This document shows positions 36,734 through 49,700 of a DNA stretch of 64,000 nucleotides, one piece after another. The DNA comes from Daphnia carinata (taxonomy: Eukaryota): positions 7,750,001 to 7,814,000 of the forward strand of contig NC_081333.1 of assembly GCF_022539665.2 (NCBI RefSeq). Reading direction: 5' to 3'. The notes beneath the pieces were generated by a model that saw nothing but the letters and a program-made list of their open reading frames with translations, was not told the origin of the DNA and made no database searches. The stretch's first letter is position 1; each line of letters opens with the position of its first letter. The position numbers and the translations under genes were made by a program.

Positions 36734-39700
36734 CTGGCTCTGGACCACCTCTTCCACGTTTTCTACCTTTTTATTTTTCCTTTTAACGGAGACCCTCTAG
36801 AGAGCGAGAGAGAGAGAGAGAGAAAGACCGAAGTTTTTTTTTTTTCGTCCTTCCCCCCTTCTTCTTACTTGTTTTACCTTCGGCTCTTCTGAAGCTCCGC
36901 CTGCTCTCCCGATACCTGGACGCACACATCCACAATATCTATACGCTCTCTTCTATTTATCATCTCATTCCTCTGTTTCGTTTTTGGCCTTTTGGCCTTC
37001 AATCCCACCAGGACAGCTTATATGCAGTTGATACTACGGCCCATATCTTTCGCCGTCAAAGACCTACTGTGACGACGACAAGGACGCCCTTTTCTCCCAA
37101 CAGCCAAAAAAAAAAAAAGGGAGGAGAGAGGGGGAGCTTATTTGAAATAGACGAAAAAGAACCATTTTCGATTCTGCGGAATGCCTGGCCATCATGTGCT
37201 TTCCTATAAGCCGCACGAAACATTTGTTGTTTGTGTAGCTTTTGGAAGGTGGACGCTGGCTGGCCTACATCACGACGGCCATTTCAAACGTCTTCTATCT
37301 GTATCTATATCGAAATCTTGAATTAAAAAAAAAAAGAGACTCTCTGAATAAAAACGTCTCTTTATACCCCGCTTCTTTGTTGAGCTATTTTAGAACATTT
37401 TTTTTTTTCTTTCCCTTCAGCTCACTGGGCCCTGCGCACGTAGTACCCCACGTCGGGAATATCTACAAGACACGCAGCACACGAAAGAGAGAAAATGGCG
37501 ATGTATAGATGGCAAGTCACTCATGCCAGCCCGAAGCCATATTTTGCTAGTCGGTTTCACTATGATAATAATAATGATAATAGTAATAATAACAAGATTG
37601 CTGGAGCCGAGGCAGAGAAAAGGCAAAAATATTCGATGAATTTAGTTTTTTTTTTTTTCAGGACTGTTCCCTTTTTTTTTGAGACTCGTACGTCTGTTAT
37701 CTTTTTTATGGATCTTTTTTTTTTGACCATTTTCTTGTTTGTGCGTGTGTTTTTTTTTTGTTTTGAAAAACTTTTTTGAAATGATTATTATTATCGTTGT
37801 TATTATTCTGGCATCAACAGTTCTCGGCCATGTGAGAACGCAGAGACTAATGGAAATGCCAATTTGCATTGCGAAAAAGAGTTCCTTTCCGCCAGTGTGT
37901 CACCTCGCATAAATGTTTCTTTTGCTTTCGACATGATTTTTTCTTTTCATTTAAATTTTATATTCTTTAGTGTTGTACATGCTATACTATTACATTGACT
38001 ACACTCCCGAAGCGCCGGCGTTTTCAAACACGGAAAAGAAAGTGAGGGAATCTGAAAAAAAGCCAATGATCGCATATCGACGTCACATTTAATTCATAAA
38101 ACTTGTTTGCCAGTTAAAGTGCTTTGCTGTACAAGATTTAACAATAAACACGAAACAAAAAAATTGAGAGATGTGTCCCCTTGGAAACGAATAAAAAAGA
38201 TATAGAAGCAAAGAATGTGTGTAAACGTATGTCGTCATTTTATTCTCGTATGATGCTCATAAGGTCCACTCGTCCGAGTATGAAACCCAAATGAGAGATC
38301 AAAAGAGACAAATAAAAAGAAAGCGATCAAAACATGAACTGGTTTAATTTATTTTCGAAATTGTTCTTATAGAGAAACTCAAGAAAACATATTAACGAAT
38401 AAACAAAAAAAAAAAAAACCTAAAAACAAAAGAAATTCATGCAACAGGATTGACACATCGAACGTCGACTCTTCTTTATATACTTGTCATAATAACCGTA
38501 ACCGGTCGACCAACACCGTCACGCAACACTTGTCATAAATCTTAAAAAAAAAAATCAAAGACAAAAAAAAAAAGCTGAACTATTTTTTGAATTCATCATC
38601 TCACTTCCTAATCCTACGATTTCACAACTGTCGAATGGTGAGAGGTTTCTAAGCGGGTCACATGTTGAAATTGAGCGCGTGCTCGTAACGTCTTCATGCG
38701 TGTAAAAAAATAAAAAAAGGGGGCAGACGTGAAAGTGAAGTTTTTCTTTTCGGGACTAATGCGATCAAAATACCGGCAAAAGAATGAAAGATAAATAAAA
38801 AACTGGGCAACATAAAAAAAAAAAAAGGGCAAGAAAGCAAAAGTTGAGAGAGTAAAATGAAAAGAACGCGGCGGCAACTATAAGCGTGTCTATATATACG
38901 CATACAGTAAATTAGGTTTACGGTCGTGAGGCATAAGAAGTTATTCCGATGCTGGTTATCGTTTCGTTTCTTTCCTTTTGGCTTTCCACTTCATCTCTTC
39001 GACCATCTTCTTTCCTCTTTTTTTTCTTCAAATAATAAATCCCGCCCGCTAAATGAACGGAGCTCCTGTAGTCTTCATCACTCACCTCTGCATAACTCCT
39101 CTCTGTTAGCCGATAAAGACAAAAGTGTTGGGAATTCTTCTTCCATTTTTTTTTTATGTTTAAGTGCTACGTTCATAAAATCCAGGTAGCTTCCCAGGGC
39201 CAATTATACGATACCAAGAAGTGCCCCCCCCCCCTCCACCGTCTCCTTACACACACCACGCAAACACATACTTATAGAGACACACACCTATCTTTAAAAC
39301 CCCCCTCTCAAAGACAACCCCCTTCGCAACCCCTTTTATATCCTCCTCGTCTTCTTCTTTTTTTTTTTCAAATCTGTAGTGTTTCTTTTCGAGCCTGTGG
39401 CTATTTAATGCCCACCTGTGGTAATCACTATAAAAGGGAGGGAGAAACCGGTGGGTGGGGTTTGAGAGTTAAGGAAAAAAAAACAGCTACTATATGAACG
39501 ATTATTCTAATCATGATTACCACAAGTGGATGATTGCAAGGTGTCACACAATAGCGAGTATTTTTTCAATCATTTTAATAAAAATGACGAGTTTTTGTGA
39601 CTTTTCACGTCATCCGCTGTTTACTCTTTTGGAAGGGGGGGGGGGACGGGAAGGACGACGTCAAGTCTTTTTGCTATTTTTCTTTTTTGTTCACGGTAAA

Positions 39701-40774
39701 AAAAAAAAGGTTTACACTGACGATGGAGAAAAGGACTGGCGCCTCACGTGACGGGTGACGCTCGTTCCTCCCACCAAAAAAAGGAAGAGACACACAAAAA
39801 CATTTGCATACAACCCAGTTTCAAATGATGTTTTTTTTTTTTTGTTTCTGAAATGTTTTGGCTCTTGCTGTCTGTCTGGTGACAGAAAAAAAACGTGTAA
39901 AAAAAAAAAAGACTCTGAATTGTGTGTCTCTTCTCCAATTCTTCAGGTGTGTGTGTGTGTAGTTGTCTTTCACGGTAAAAAAAAAAAAACAACAACGCGG
40001 AGACAGAGGTTTGATTTCCTTATCACGCTGCGTACATCAGGAAATGTGCCAGCCACACAACCAAAATGAAATCCCTTTCTTTTTAACAAAAATAAATCCA
40101 TAGCAAATAAAATAAGAGTTCGACACACACACAAGTGGGAAATGTCGCGTCACGTGTCGCTATTTGACATTTAAAAAAGAATATGGTCGATACTATTTTT
40201 TGGGGGAATGCCTCTAATTTTAACTCGTGTATTTATTTGTCTAAGTTGCGCGTATCTCGTTCCTTATCTAACCGATTTCCATGACACTATAAGCAGTTCC
40301 ACCTGCTCGCGTACCTTACACCAAGTTCTTTTGGCCCCACTATTTTTGTTTCTGTGGACTTGCCTGGAAAAAATCGTTGGGCTATTTATAAACATTTATA
40401 AGCTCCTCGCTGTGACTTATCGATTCGGCTTTCTCCGGTCGATTTGTTATTTAGCCAGCGCAGCAGCAGGGGCAAGAGATAAAGGAGAGAAAAATGATAT
40501 ATGAAAAGCACCGTAAGTATCCACCGTTGCAAGGATTGTCCAGGACTGGCTTAAAGCTTTTTGTCCTCACACCTTTCTGCTGATGCCTTTTATTATTATT
40601 CCCTTTTTTTCCCCCTTTAAGTTAGTCAGTTGATGAATGTCGATAACACTGAAGCAAAGACGACGAGTTCGCTGGGGGATTTTCAAACATTCAAATCACG
40701 CGCCAAAGCTTTCCGGTCTTCTGAGATCTCAGGCACACACGTTCACACAAAATGGGAAGGAATATGACAATAAT

Positions 40775-40798
40775 AACAACAACAACAACAACAACAAC
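40775..40798. repeat. (AAC)8 microsatellite, one example of many short SSRs and homopolymers in the non-coding regions
   Basis: Directly visible aac repeat. Similar (GAA)n, (CA)n, (TA)n and (GA)n tracts and G/C runs of 17-20 nt (30861-30879, 41329-41348, 50637-50653) occur throughout. Confidence 0.85.
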
Positions 40799-43700
40799 GA
40801 ATAAGAAAAATAGTTTAGAGGGGAGAAACCTCTTTTTCTTTCCCCCCCTTCGTGAAAGAAAAGCTATTCTTCTTCTTTTGCTGGTGTTGGAGGTTATTCA
40901 AAATGGCCCAACAGTTGCCTCGCAGCTAAAGAGTGACAATGTATTATACAGCCCCACCAGCGAGACACCTAAACCCAAAACAAGCCACAGCCAGTCACAC
41001 AACAAGCAAAACGATCTGGCAATACCTAGAAGAATAGATTTTTTTTTTCCCCTTCAGGACTGAAAATGCTGGTCTAACTTTTGGTTTGGGACTCTCTTTC
41101 TCTCCTCTTCTATGTTGCGTGTAACCCTGGAAACGATTGTGTATAGCTGATGGTTCACCCCGTATACCCAAGGACAACAAAACGGCCACTGATACACAAC
41201 AATACAAGAAAAAGAGATTCGGGAAATAGGTACGCACGATCGTTTCTTCTTTTTTCTTTTCCAGGTGGGGATCGATTTTGAACGGAGTTGCTAACCCGGA
41301 GAAAAGTTTTGAAAAAGAAAAGCTAAATGGGGGGGGGGGGGGGGGGGGTGAATCTCCATGACAATCTGTGTGGGAAGAAGACCCCCCTCCATTGGGGTCG
41401 TTTCTCCCTATACGGAGCCCTGGCCTAACCTGGAGGACACATTGCTTTTTAACTTTCTTTCGAGAGGCCTTTTGTTTAGCTATACGCAATGAATAACGAG
41501 TAAAAAAGAAAATTCAAATGGCACAAAAGAGATGAAACCTTTAGCTTATATACAAACTGCATCCACGCCACACGACGTAATAGCTGGCGGACATGTCGAT
41601 GGATGGGAAAATAATTTATCGACAGTGAATTCAATAGCCTCAGACGGTTATTTTAGAAGAAAAAGAAAAAAACATTATGAAATATATACGTATAAGGAGG
41701 ACGAAAAGATGACTTTTTTTTTTCTCGGTTGCTCGACACCTTGGGCCATATTGACACACACATTTTATCGACGGTACTGCCTGCGTGTCTCACGCGTTTT
41801 TCCCTTTTTTCTCTGAAAAGAAAACGTTCATGGAAGTGGCTCTTTTGTGTAACGAAGTCATCCGAGCTGTACGTGATCGTTTGTGAGGATTCAGTTCGAC
41901 CGAACAAGAAAAAAAAAAGAAGGGCAGAAAGAAGGTTAGATTATCATAATGCTAAGGTGTTATATATATGTATATATATATAGGACTGCGTAACTTTAAC
42001 TTCTCGCTTCGTTCGAGAGAGTCGTGAACTTGGGCTTGTGTGACGGCGGAAGAACACGGCCCGTTACACACACGCGGGACCAGGTGCGCCCAGCTGCGTG
42101 ACTACGTAAGCTCGTAGTCGTCGTTGCCAAAATTACGGCGTCACATTCAATAGGGATAATGAAGTTCCGAAAAAAAAAACGGCACTCTAACCGTCTGCCT
42201 TTTTTTTTTTTTTCAGTGCCGCCACAGAGAATCAACTCTGGAGGACATTAGGCATCTCACATATTACAAATATTAAAAACTCTTCAAATCTCTTTTTTTT
42301 TTTTTTCGTATAGTAATATAAAGAAGGATGTACGTATATAACAGTCTTTTATTTTCCCATTTAAGAAAAAAGATTATTTCGATTTCCAGCCGGAGGAGTT
42401 TCGAAACAGCTGACTAAAGGTGGACGAACGGTCGTCTGTTTCATCAAATACGCCATTTTGCTATTTGTATATGCAGCATATTAAACCGAAAACTATAGCT
42501 GTGTGATTGCCTAACAAGATATTGAATCAACACACACGTAAGCAGCTCCGGGTTGCGAGGAACTGTTGCCGATCCGGCTGGATGGCCCTCATGCAACGTC
42601 AAATTTACTCTCCATTGGCTTCTCTTTGGTAGATATAAATGTATTCTACGTTCAGACCCGTTGTCAATGACGCTGATGGTGAAAGACACAAAAGATATTT
42701 GTGTACAAAATTATGGTTATTTGTGCATTTAAAAACTGTGGCTCTAAAGCGTTGCGTGTGTTTCGACGCAATCGAGTGACGAACTACAACAGTCATACGA
42801 TTGTGTTTGTCGACGACCAACTAGAAAGAACCGGATGGCCTTGTTATCGAGAAACCACATTCTTCTTCTGATATGTGGAGAGCGTCATCATTTGATTCTT
42901 ACTATACAACTCTTTCTGCTCGTGCTGTGCGTGCTAACTTGATTTCAAGTTTAGATAATTCCTCTTTCTTATATTTAAATTCCACCAAGTCTCTCAAGGT
43001 TAGCAAAAAGACGGCTGGGAATAAATAAAATAGATTCAGCTAAATAAAGAATGACGTAAAAGGCTTTTTCAATATCGAGATGGTCTATAGATATTCTCCG
43101 ATTCACTGGTAGAAAAAAAAATCATTCATGCGTTCACGGACATTCAGACAGGTCTCACAAAGTCCGTGTCCTGGGATGTCCCGTCCCATACGGCAAGCAA
43201 TCCAATGATTGTTGAGATGTAAAAGACCTATCATCCAGGTAGACGCCTCTTTTGCATTAGCACCTTACACTCTTCTGATGAAACTGGAAATGATGTTTTA
43301 TTTTTGGACGAACGTGATCAAAGGCGCGTCTATAAGAGGTGAAATAAATGTAGCGATTTAAAAGGGAGTCGTTCGAAGAGCGTGAAGAGCGTGAATAGCT
43401 GGGTGATTTGATTCGATTGGAGATGTTGGCAAACAAACACGAGAGGCCATCAAGCTGAGATAGATTGATCCGATTGGAAATGCACTGACGAGATACAGCA
43501 GGGGCTTTTACATTTTTTTTTTTCTGGTTCTACACTCGTTCAACTGGTTCCCCAGTTGTGTGTCATCATCGTTTGCCTGAACGCGGACGACCGCGCCCTA
43601 CTGAAGGGAAACACTCAAGACAGTCGCCCACTTAACATTGGAACCAACTTACGTGTATAGTAACGTTTTCTTTTCGTTTTATTTGACACATCAACGTTTC

Positions 43701-46700
43701 CTCTTAAATAATAGCACTAAACATCATCTTCTTGATGGACTTTTCTCATTAATTCCATTGGTGTTTCATTTAACAATCGTTTTTTTTTTCAAGAAATCGG
43801 GATTCGCCCATCAAGCTTTCTTAATTGAAAGTGCTTTTAATCCTTTATCCCCGTTATTTTGTCCCCATAATTGTCCTACTGTTTTTCCTTTTCCTTCGTT
43901 TCCTAGGAAATCTGCGTTAAAAATAAATTCTTTTTGACCACGGCTACCTCAAGCCAAGTTCTTTCCCGAAAAACAGCCGTTTCTCTTACAACAGTTTTTA
44001 CTTTGACCGGTCGTCGATATATTCAGGTGGTCATTCGACTCCAATTATGATCAGCTGTTCACTGAAGTGGAGAACGATTGGGCAAGAGAGAACCATAGAC
44101 GAGATTCAGCCTGCTGTGAAATTTCAACCAGTGTCGCCAGTTGCTTTCCCGATTCTCTTCAGCCCCGTGAACACGTCAGATTGGTCGGCCACGATTTCAT
44201 CGTCTCGCAGACATCAAAACGGGCACAGAAATAAATAAAAAAGGGCTCTCGGGTTCCACGTTATCGTTCCACAACGTGATTCCTGAAAAAAAAAAAACAA
44301 CACCAACAATCAAATTTTGTTTAGTTTCTTTCCATGTCAATCTAATAGGGTACTTTGCCCAAATTCGAAGATGTGATGTTCATGCGTCCCCAATCATGAT
44401 CATGCTTAATACGATGAAAAACGAGTGAGGATGTACACAATCCTAGTCGCTGGATGGGAATTGATTAGTCACCTTTCGTGATGCAAATCAAAACAAGGAA
44501 AGACAGGAGGCTTCTTGTAACGCACTTGTCTGGACAGCACGATTCCCAAGTTAAACAATTTGCTCATTGTCCATATAAAATACAAGGAGCAAAATAAATC
44601 CTTGTCAAGTGATTCGGCTGCTTGTTCCCTACGACATTCTGAATCTTTTTTTAGAATTACCATCGACATGTAAAGCATTTTCCATGCATATTTTTTTTTT
44701 AACTAGACAAAATATATCCTTGTTAGCGCGTCTATTGTAACCCACAATGACGGAACAAGTCCCCCTCCCCTTATCATTCGTAAACTGTGTTACAATATGG
44801 GCCCAACTTGAATAATTATTATTATTTGAGAAAACCAAACCACAAAAGGATTTTTTACTTCGTTTTTTTTTCCTCTTCTCTTTCAAAGGGGCGTTTTTGA
44901 TTATTCATTTTCAAGCTTTTTTTGGGTATGTAATAATGGAGGCCTGTGTTGCAAGAAGTCCATGCATATATATATAAATGGTACTGTATATACAATACCC
45001 CTATCGTTCCGGAAGTGTCATCCAGCTGCGAGGATTCTTTCGTGGGGGGAATGGGATATCACTCTATTGTTGTGTGTTTGCCCTCCAACTGCTGCTTGCT
45101 GCTTCTGGTCGTCTTCTATGGATGTGTGCAAAATGGGCGGAGGAAGAGAAAGCATAAAAAAAAAAAAATTAAATAAAGAAGTTTCCAAAAGGTGTTTGAT
45201 GGCCGGGGACTTCTCCAGGCCCGTGGAAGACACATACACACACACAAAAAAAAAAAAAAAGAAGAAGAAGAAAAGACGGAAACAAGACGACCGAGAAAAG
45301 AAAGAGATAGGGGGAGGCGAAAAAGAGACCTGAAAAGTCAAAGAAAAAAAAGAAGAATAACGACCCAACCGGCCAGAAAGGATGTAAGCGTATCTTTCAA
45401 TCCTGATTTATGGCATTCTCAATTCTCCTCCTTTTTTTTTTTGGAAAATTTCCTTTCCTTTTGCTTCCATATTCTCACCCCGTCTTCCATATCCACCGTC
45501 CTTTTTTTTTTTCTCCTTCCACCACACACAAACACACAGAGCAATAAACATCTTCGATTGAAAACCTTGAAAAATAAAAATTGCCGGCAAAAAAAAAAGA
45601 GACGTTCCAGGAAGTAACAGGACATCCATCACCGGATCATCAAAAGATGATATCAATTAATTCTTTGGATAAAAGTCGTCAGTTCCAGCCAGTTTTTTTT
45701 TTTTTTATAGTTTTCGTTCGTTTTCATCGTTGTGCGGCAGACTAGTGCGTCCGTACGCTTGTGCAAATAGATTCTGAGTGTGTGTGTGTCTACCTTTTTC
45801 TTAAAAAAAAAAAACTTGGAAAAGATTTACGAGCTTCACATTTATCACTTGGATGCGAGGAGGTCGCCATATCCAGCTATCAAAAGCCGTTCCCCAAAGT
45901 CGACCATCGTCGCCGTCTTCGGGGGCAATTTTCTTCGTTTTTATGTGTGTGTATTTTCTTGGAATATATATTTTCTTATTCGCCTTTCGACCCCCCACCT
46001 AACCCCCCCTACGTTTGAAATTATAAAGAGAAAATGTGGAAGCCAAGTCGAGGTGGTCTGGGCTATTAAGCAAACGAGAACAGAATGAGCTGGTGGTCTG
46101 CTCTCGTCAACCTTAAAGAAGACCTTTCTTTTTTTTTATAATTAAGAAAAGAAGATTCTTCTAATTGTTCAAATAAAAACATTAAATCGTATGTGGTGGT
46201 ATACCATACAAGTGAGAGGTAAATATACAATGGCGGCTCACTGTCAAACAATATCCATAAATAGCCAAATGAAATAGCAGGACATTTAAATCTATACCAC
46301 ATTTTACAGCCCAATAGGTTTTGGCTTTTAATTGTATTAGTAAAAGAAAAAAAAAATAGATGGAGGGGGGGCAATGCTTAAAAGAGACAGGGAGGTCCTA
46401 CCACCAAGCCCCCCAATGTGAGTGTCTTTGGTGGCTGAACATTTATCCGTAAGAAAGATCTGGTTAGAACTATGTCACAAGCAAAAGGATATGGAGAAAA
46501 GCAGGAGCAGACAGAGAGCAAGAAATCGATGCCTATTCTTCGATAAGAAGGACACCCACATACTTTCTATATCGAGTAAGTACTCCTGCATTGCTGATGC
46601 AAAAAAAAAAAAACGAAGCTCTATGTCTTTTCTCATCCGTCTTGTTAAAGCCATCCCAGGTAGCTCCAAACTGTCCAGCTGTCCACCCCAAATGTGCACC

Positions 46701-49700
46701 TTTCTCACTGCCGGGTGATTGTAAAAAAAAAGGGGGGGGGGGGGATAAAGAAAAGGGAGAGAACTTTGACATTATAGAAAAAGACGACAAGTATTTTCCA
46801 GAGCGAAGTAAATCGATAGAAAAAATGCATGGCAAGTAGCGCCTGCATAGTTTCCACGATTCCTCCGGACCCCCCTCCATTGCTTGTCTTTTCCACTGGT
46901 GCCCTTTGCGTTCCGGAATTCCAGAAAGCCCGCGCCAAAGAAATTTAAAAAAAAAAAAGATGTGTTTCTTTTCAAAAGACGTATAGGAGAGAAAAAAAAA
47001 AAGTAAAAATGCATTTATATAAAAAGAAAGGGTGACATTCTTGAGCCCTTGGAGGGGGGTTTCGAAAGGGATATGTGGGGCCCAGCTATATAAATATACC
47101 ACACGAATATGTCTACCTATATATCTCTTGTGTTTTTCTTCTTCTCCCTAGCCATCCATTGAATAGACGCACCGGGGCTGCAGCTCCGTTTGTGTGTGTG
47201 TGTGTGTGTGCGTGTTTCGTCTTTGATGCGTGCGTTTGTTTCACCGTAGGCAAAGTAGCAAGGATTTCTCTTCGGTGTGGGAAATCTTTTGTCACATCTT
47301 ATTGAGAGAGAAATTTCTGGAGAAAAACCCTAACGCAACGGGGGGATGTGAAAGAACAGGGGGGCAATCCGTTGAATGAACGAAGAACATGCCAGGGTTT
47401 AAGAAAGAAAAAATAAAAGAACAGGACATAGTTTCTAGAGTCATTTGGAGAATGAAATGTCTTTGCTATACATCGAATGTCGTCCCATTCTTACAATTCC
47501 TTCTTGCCTGTTCCGTCTCTTATTTTTTTTTTTTCCGGCCTTCGGACGGACGGAGGATTCCGGACATTCCTGACAATTTCTTTGCTCATTTTTTGTTTGT
47601 TTGTTTTCCTTTTTGGAGCTTGTCGGTACGTCTTTTTTTTTTCTTTTTATTCGTCGCTCCTGTTTGAAATCTCATCACATACGAACATAATAATTTTGAC
47701 GCACACAATCCGCTGCTGGGCATTTGTTGTTGTAACAAACCGTAAAAGGATTTTTTTTTGAAATAAGAGAGCTTGAATGCATCCGGATCTGTGATGAAAA
47801 AAAATTCTTCTTTTATTTGTTCAATTTCCTGAAAAGAAATTGCTGAGGAAAAGGGGAGAAGAAAAAAAGGACATTCCAATCACTTGATGGAACGGCATGT
47901 ATAAGCACCTTGGGTTCAGTCTGCGTACCCTTCTCTTCGGTGTTGACATTCGTTCCAACGTAGGAGGAAAAAAAAAAACACTTTCGTCAAAGATTTCCGT
48001 CTTCGCATGTCGTTGATGTCATCCGGATTTTCCTTCGAGAAATAGCTGCTGTTTAATGCTACTGCGGTCGAACGTGCAAAGACGAGGGGAAGAAGGCGAC
48101 TGTGTATAACAACCGTGGCCCTTTATTCTTGTTCGAGTTATGCCGCGTTAACAGTCAGTACAATACGAAAAGAGATATATATTCAAATGGCCAAAAGCAT
48201 ATCCACATTTCTTAAACGCTCTACTAAAAGACCGGTGGGATTGAAAAGTACCGCTAAACAAAATTCCGCTTCTTTCTTTCGAAACCGGAATAATCGCTAT
48301 TTGACCGAGCCACCGGGTCCACGCACACACAAAAAAAAAATACATCATTTTGCGCTCTTCGTCGTGGGACTAGCATTCATCGACAGTGTCCCATTCGTTC
48401 TGGGTATTTTTTTTTTCTTCTGGGAACTCGTAGCATTTTTTTTTTTTGTGGGTCCACTAAAAGCTTTAACAGCGTTGACATTATATTAGTGCACGTACCT
48501 GTAGTTGTATTGAAAAGATCAAATACGATGATCTGCCCTGTCCAGAAAAACTGCTTTAGCAAGAAGGGAAGCGGCGGCATTAACGGGTCGTTAGCCAAGA
48601 TAAATACTTTAATAAGGACTGCGTAGTATTAGGCTATATAATTTAGCACAGCAGAAAATGTCTAGTATATAGACGCCTGTTAGACATCATAAAAAAAAAA
48701 AAGCAAACAACAAAAAGAGCACATCAACAGGTGGAGTCTACTCTGATGGGTAACGTCTAGGAAAAAAAATAAGAGAATGAGACATGAGCTAGAGAAAAAA
48801 AAAAAAGGTGAGCCATTTCCCACATTCATCAAGAGTGCTGTTCCAGTCGTCATAAAAAAAAGAGAGAAAAGATATGGTCCTTTATCTTTGGAGAACTCGG
48901 AGGGCCGAAGAGTAGCTTCTCCGGGCTACGTTGAGGACTTGTTTGATGTTATACTGATCCAGCACAAAGATAAAAGCAATATATACACCCAGAATCCATA
49001 TTGGAACAAGAAAAGCTAGTCTAAAAACCAAACAAACAAAAAAAAAGATCACCTAACGTACGACGAACGTACGTAGGAAAAGAGGAGCAAAAAGAAAATG
49101 GAACTCGCTTGAAAAATTTGATGTCTTTTCACAATTTCCTGCGCCAGAGTCCTCCTCACCTGTCCCCCTGCAGAGCTTTGATCTTGATTGTCCTTTGACC
49201 TTTCCCTCTCATTCTTTTACAAAGATCGTGTAGGTCTCTCGACAGGGTCTTGTGATCCCTCGCCAATGTCCCAGGCACGACCTTTTTTTTTATGCGATTC
49301 CTCCACAAGGTTAAAAAAAAAAGCAAAAGAAAGGTAAAGAAAAACTCGACTCACAATCTGGAAGGCAAATCGCACTGGGAGATGTATTGAACTAGAAGAC
49401 GAAAAGAAAAAGGCAGTGACACACAAGTGGCTTTTTCTCAGGTTTGGTCGCATTCCTTCTGGGACAAAAACAGCAGCAGCTCAAAGAAGAAGAAGAATTT
49501 TTTTTTTTGTCATGTCGTTTTTAGAGCCTCTGCCTGCAACTGCTCCTGCTGTCTTGTCGGTTGTTTTTGTTTGATATTATAACAAAAAGATTGGTATAAT
49601 ATACAGGAAGAAGGGGTTGGCTAGCGGCTAGCCAGCAGCTAGAGATCAGTTAGAGGAATGCCGGTAAAAATAGGGAAACATCTCGAATCATAAATCAAAA

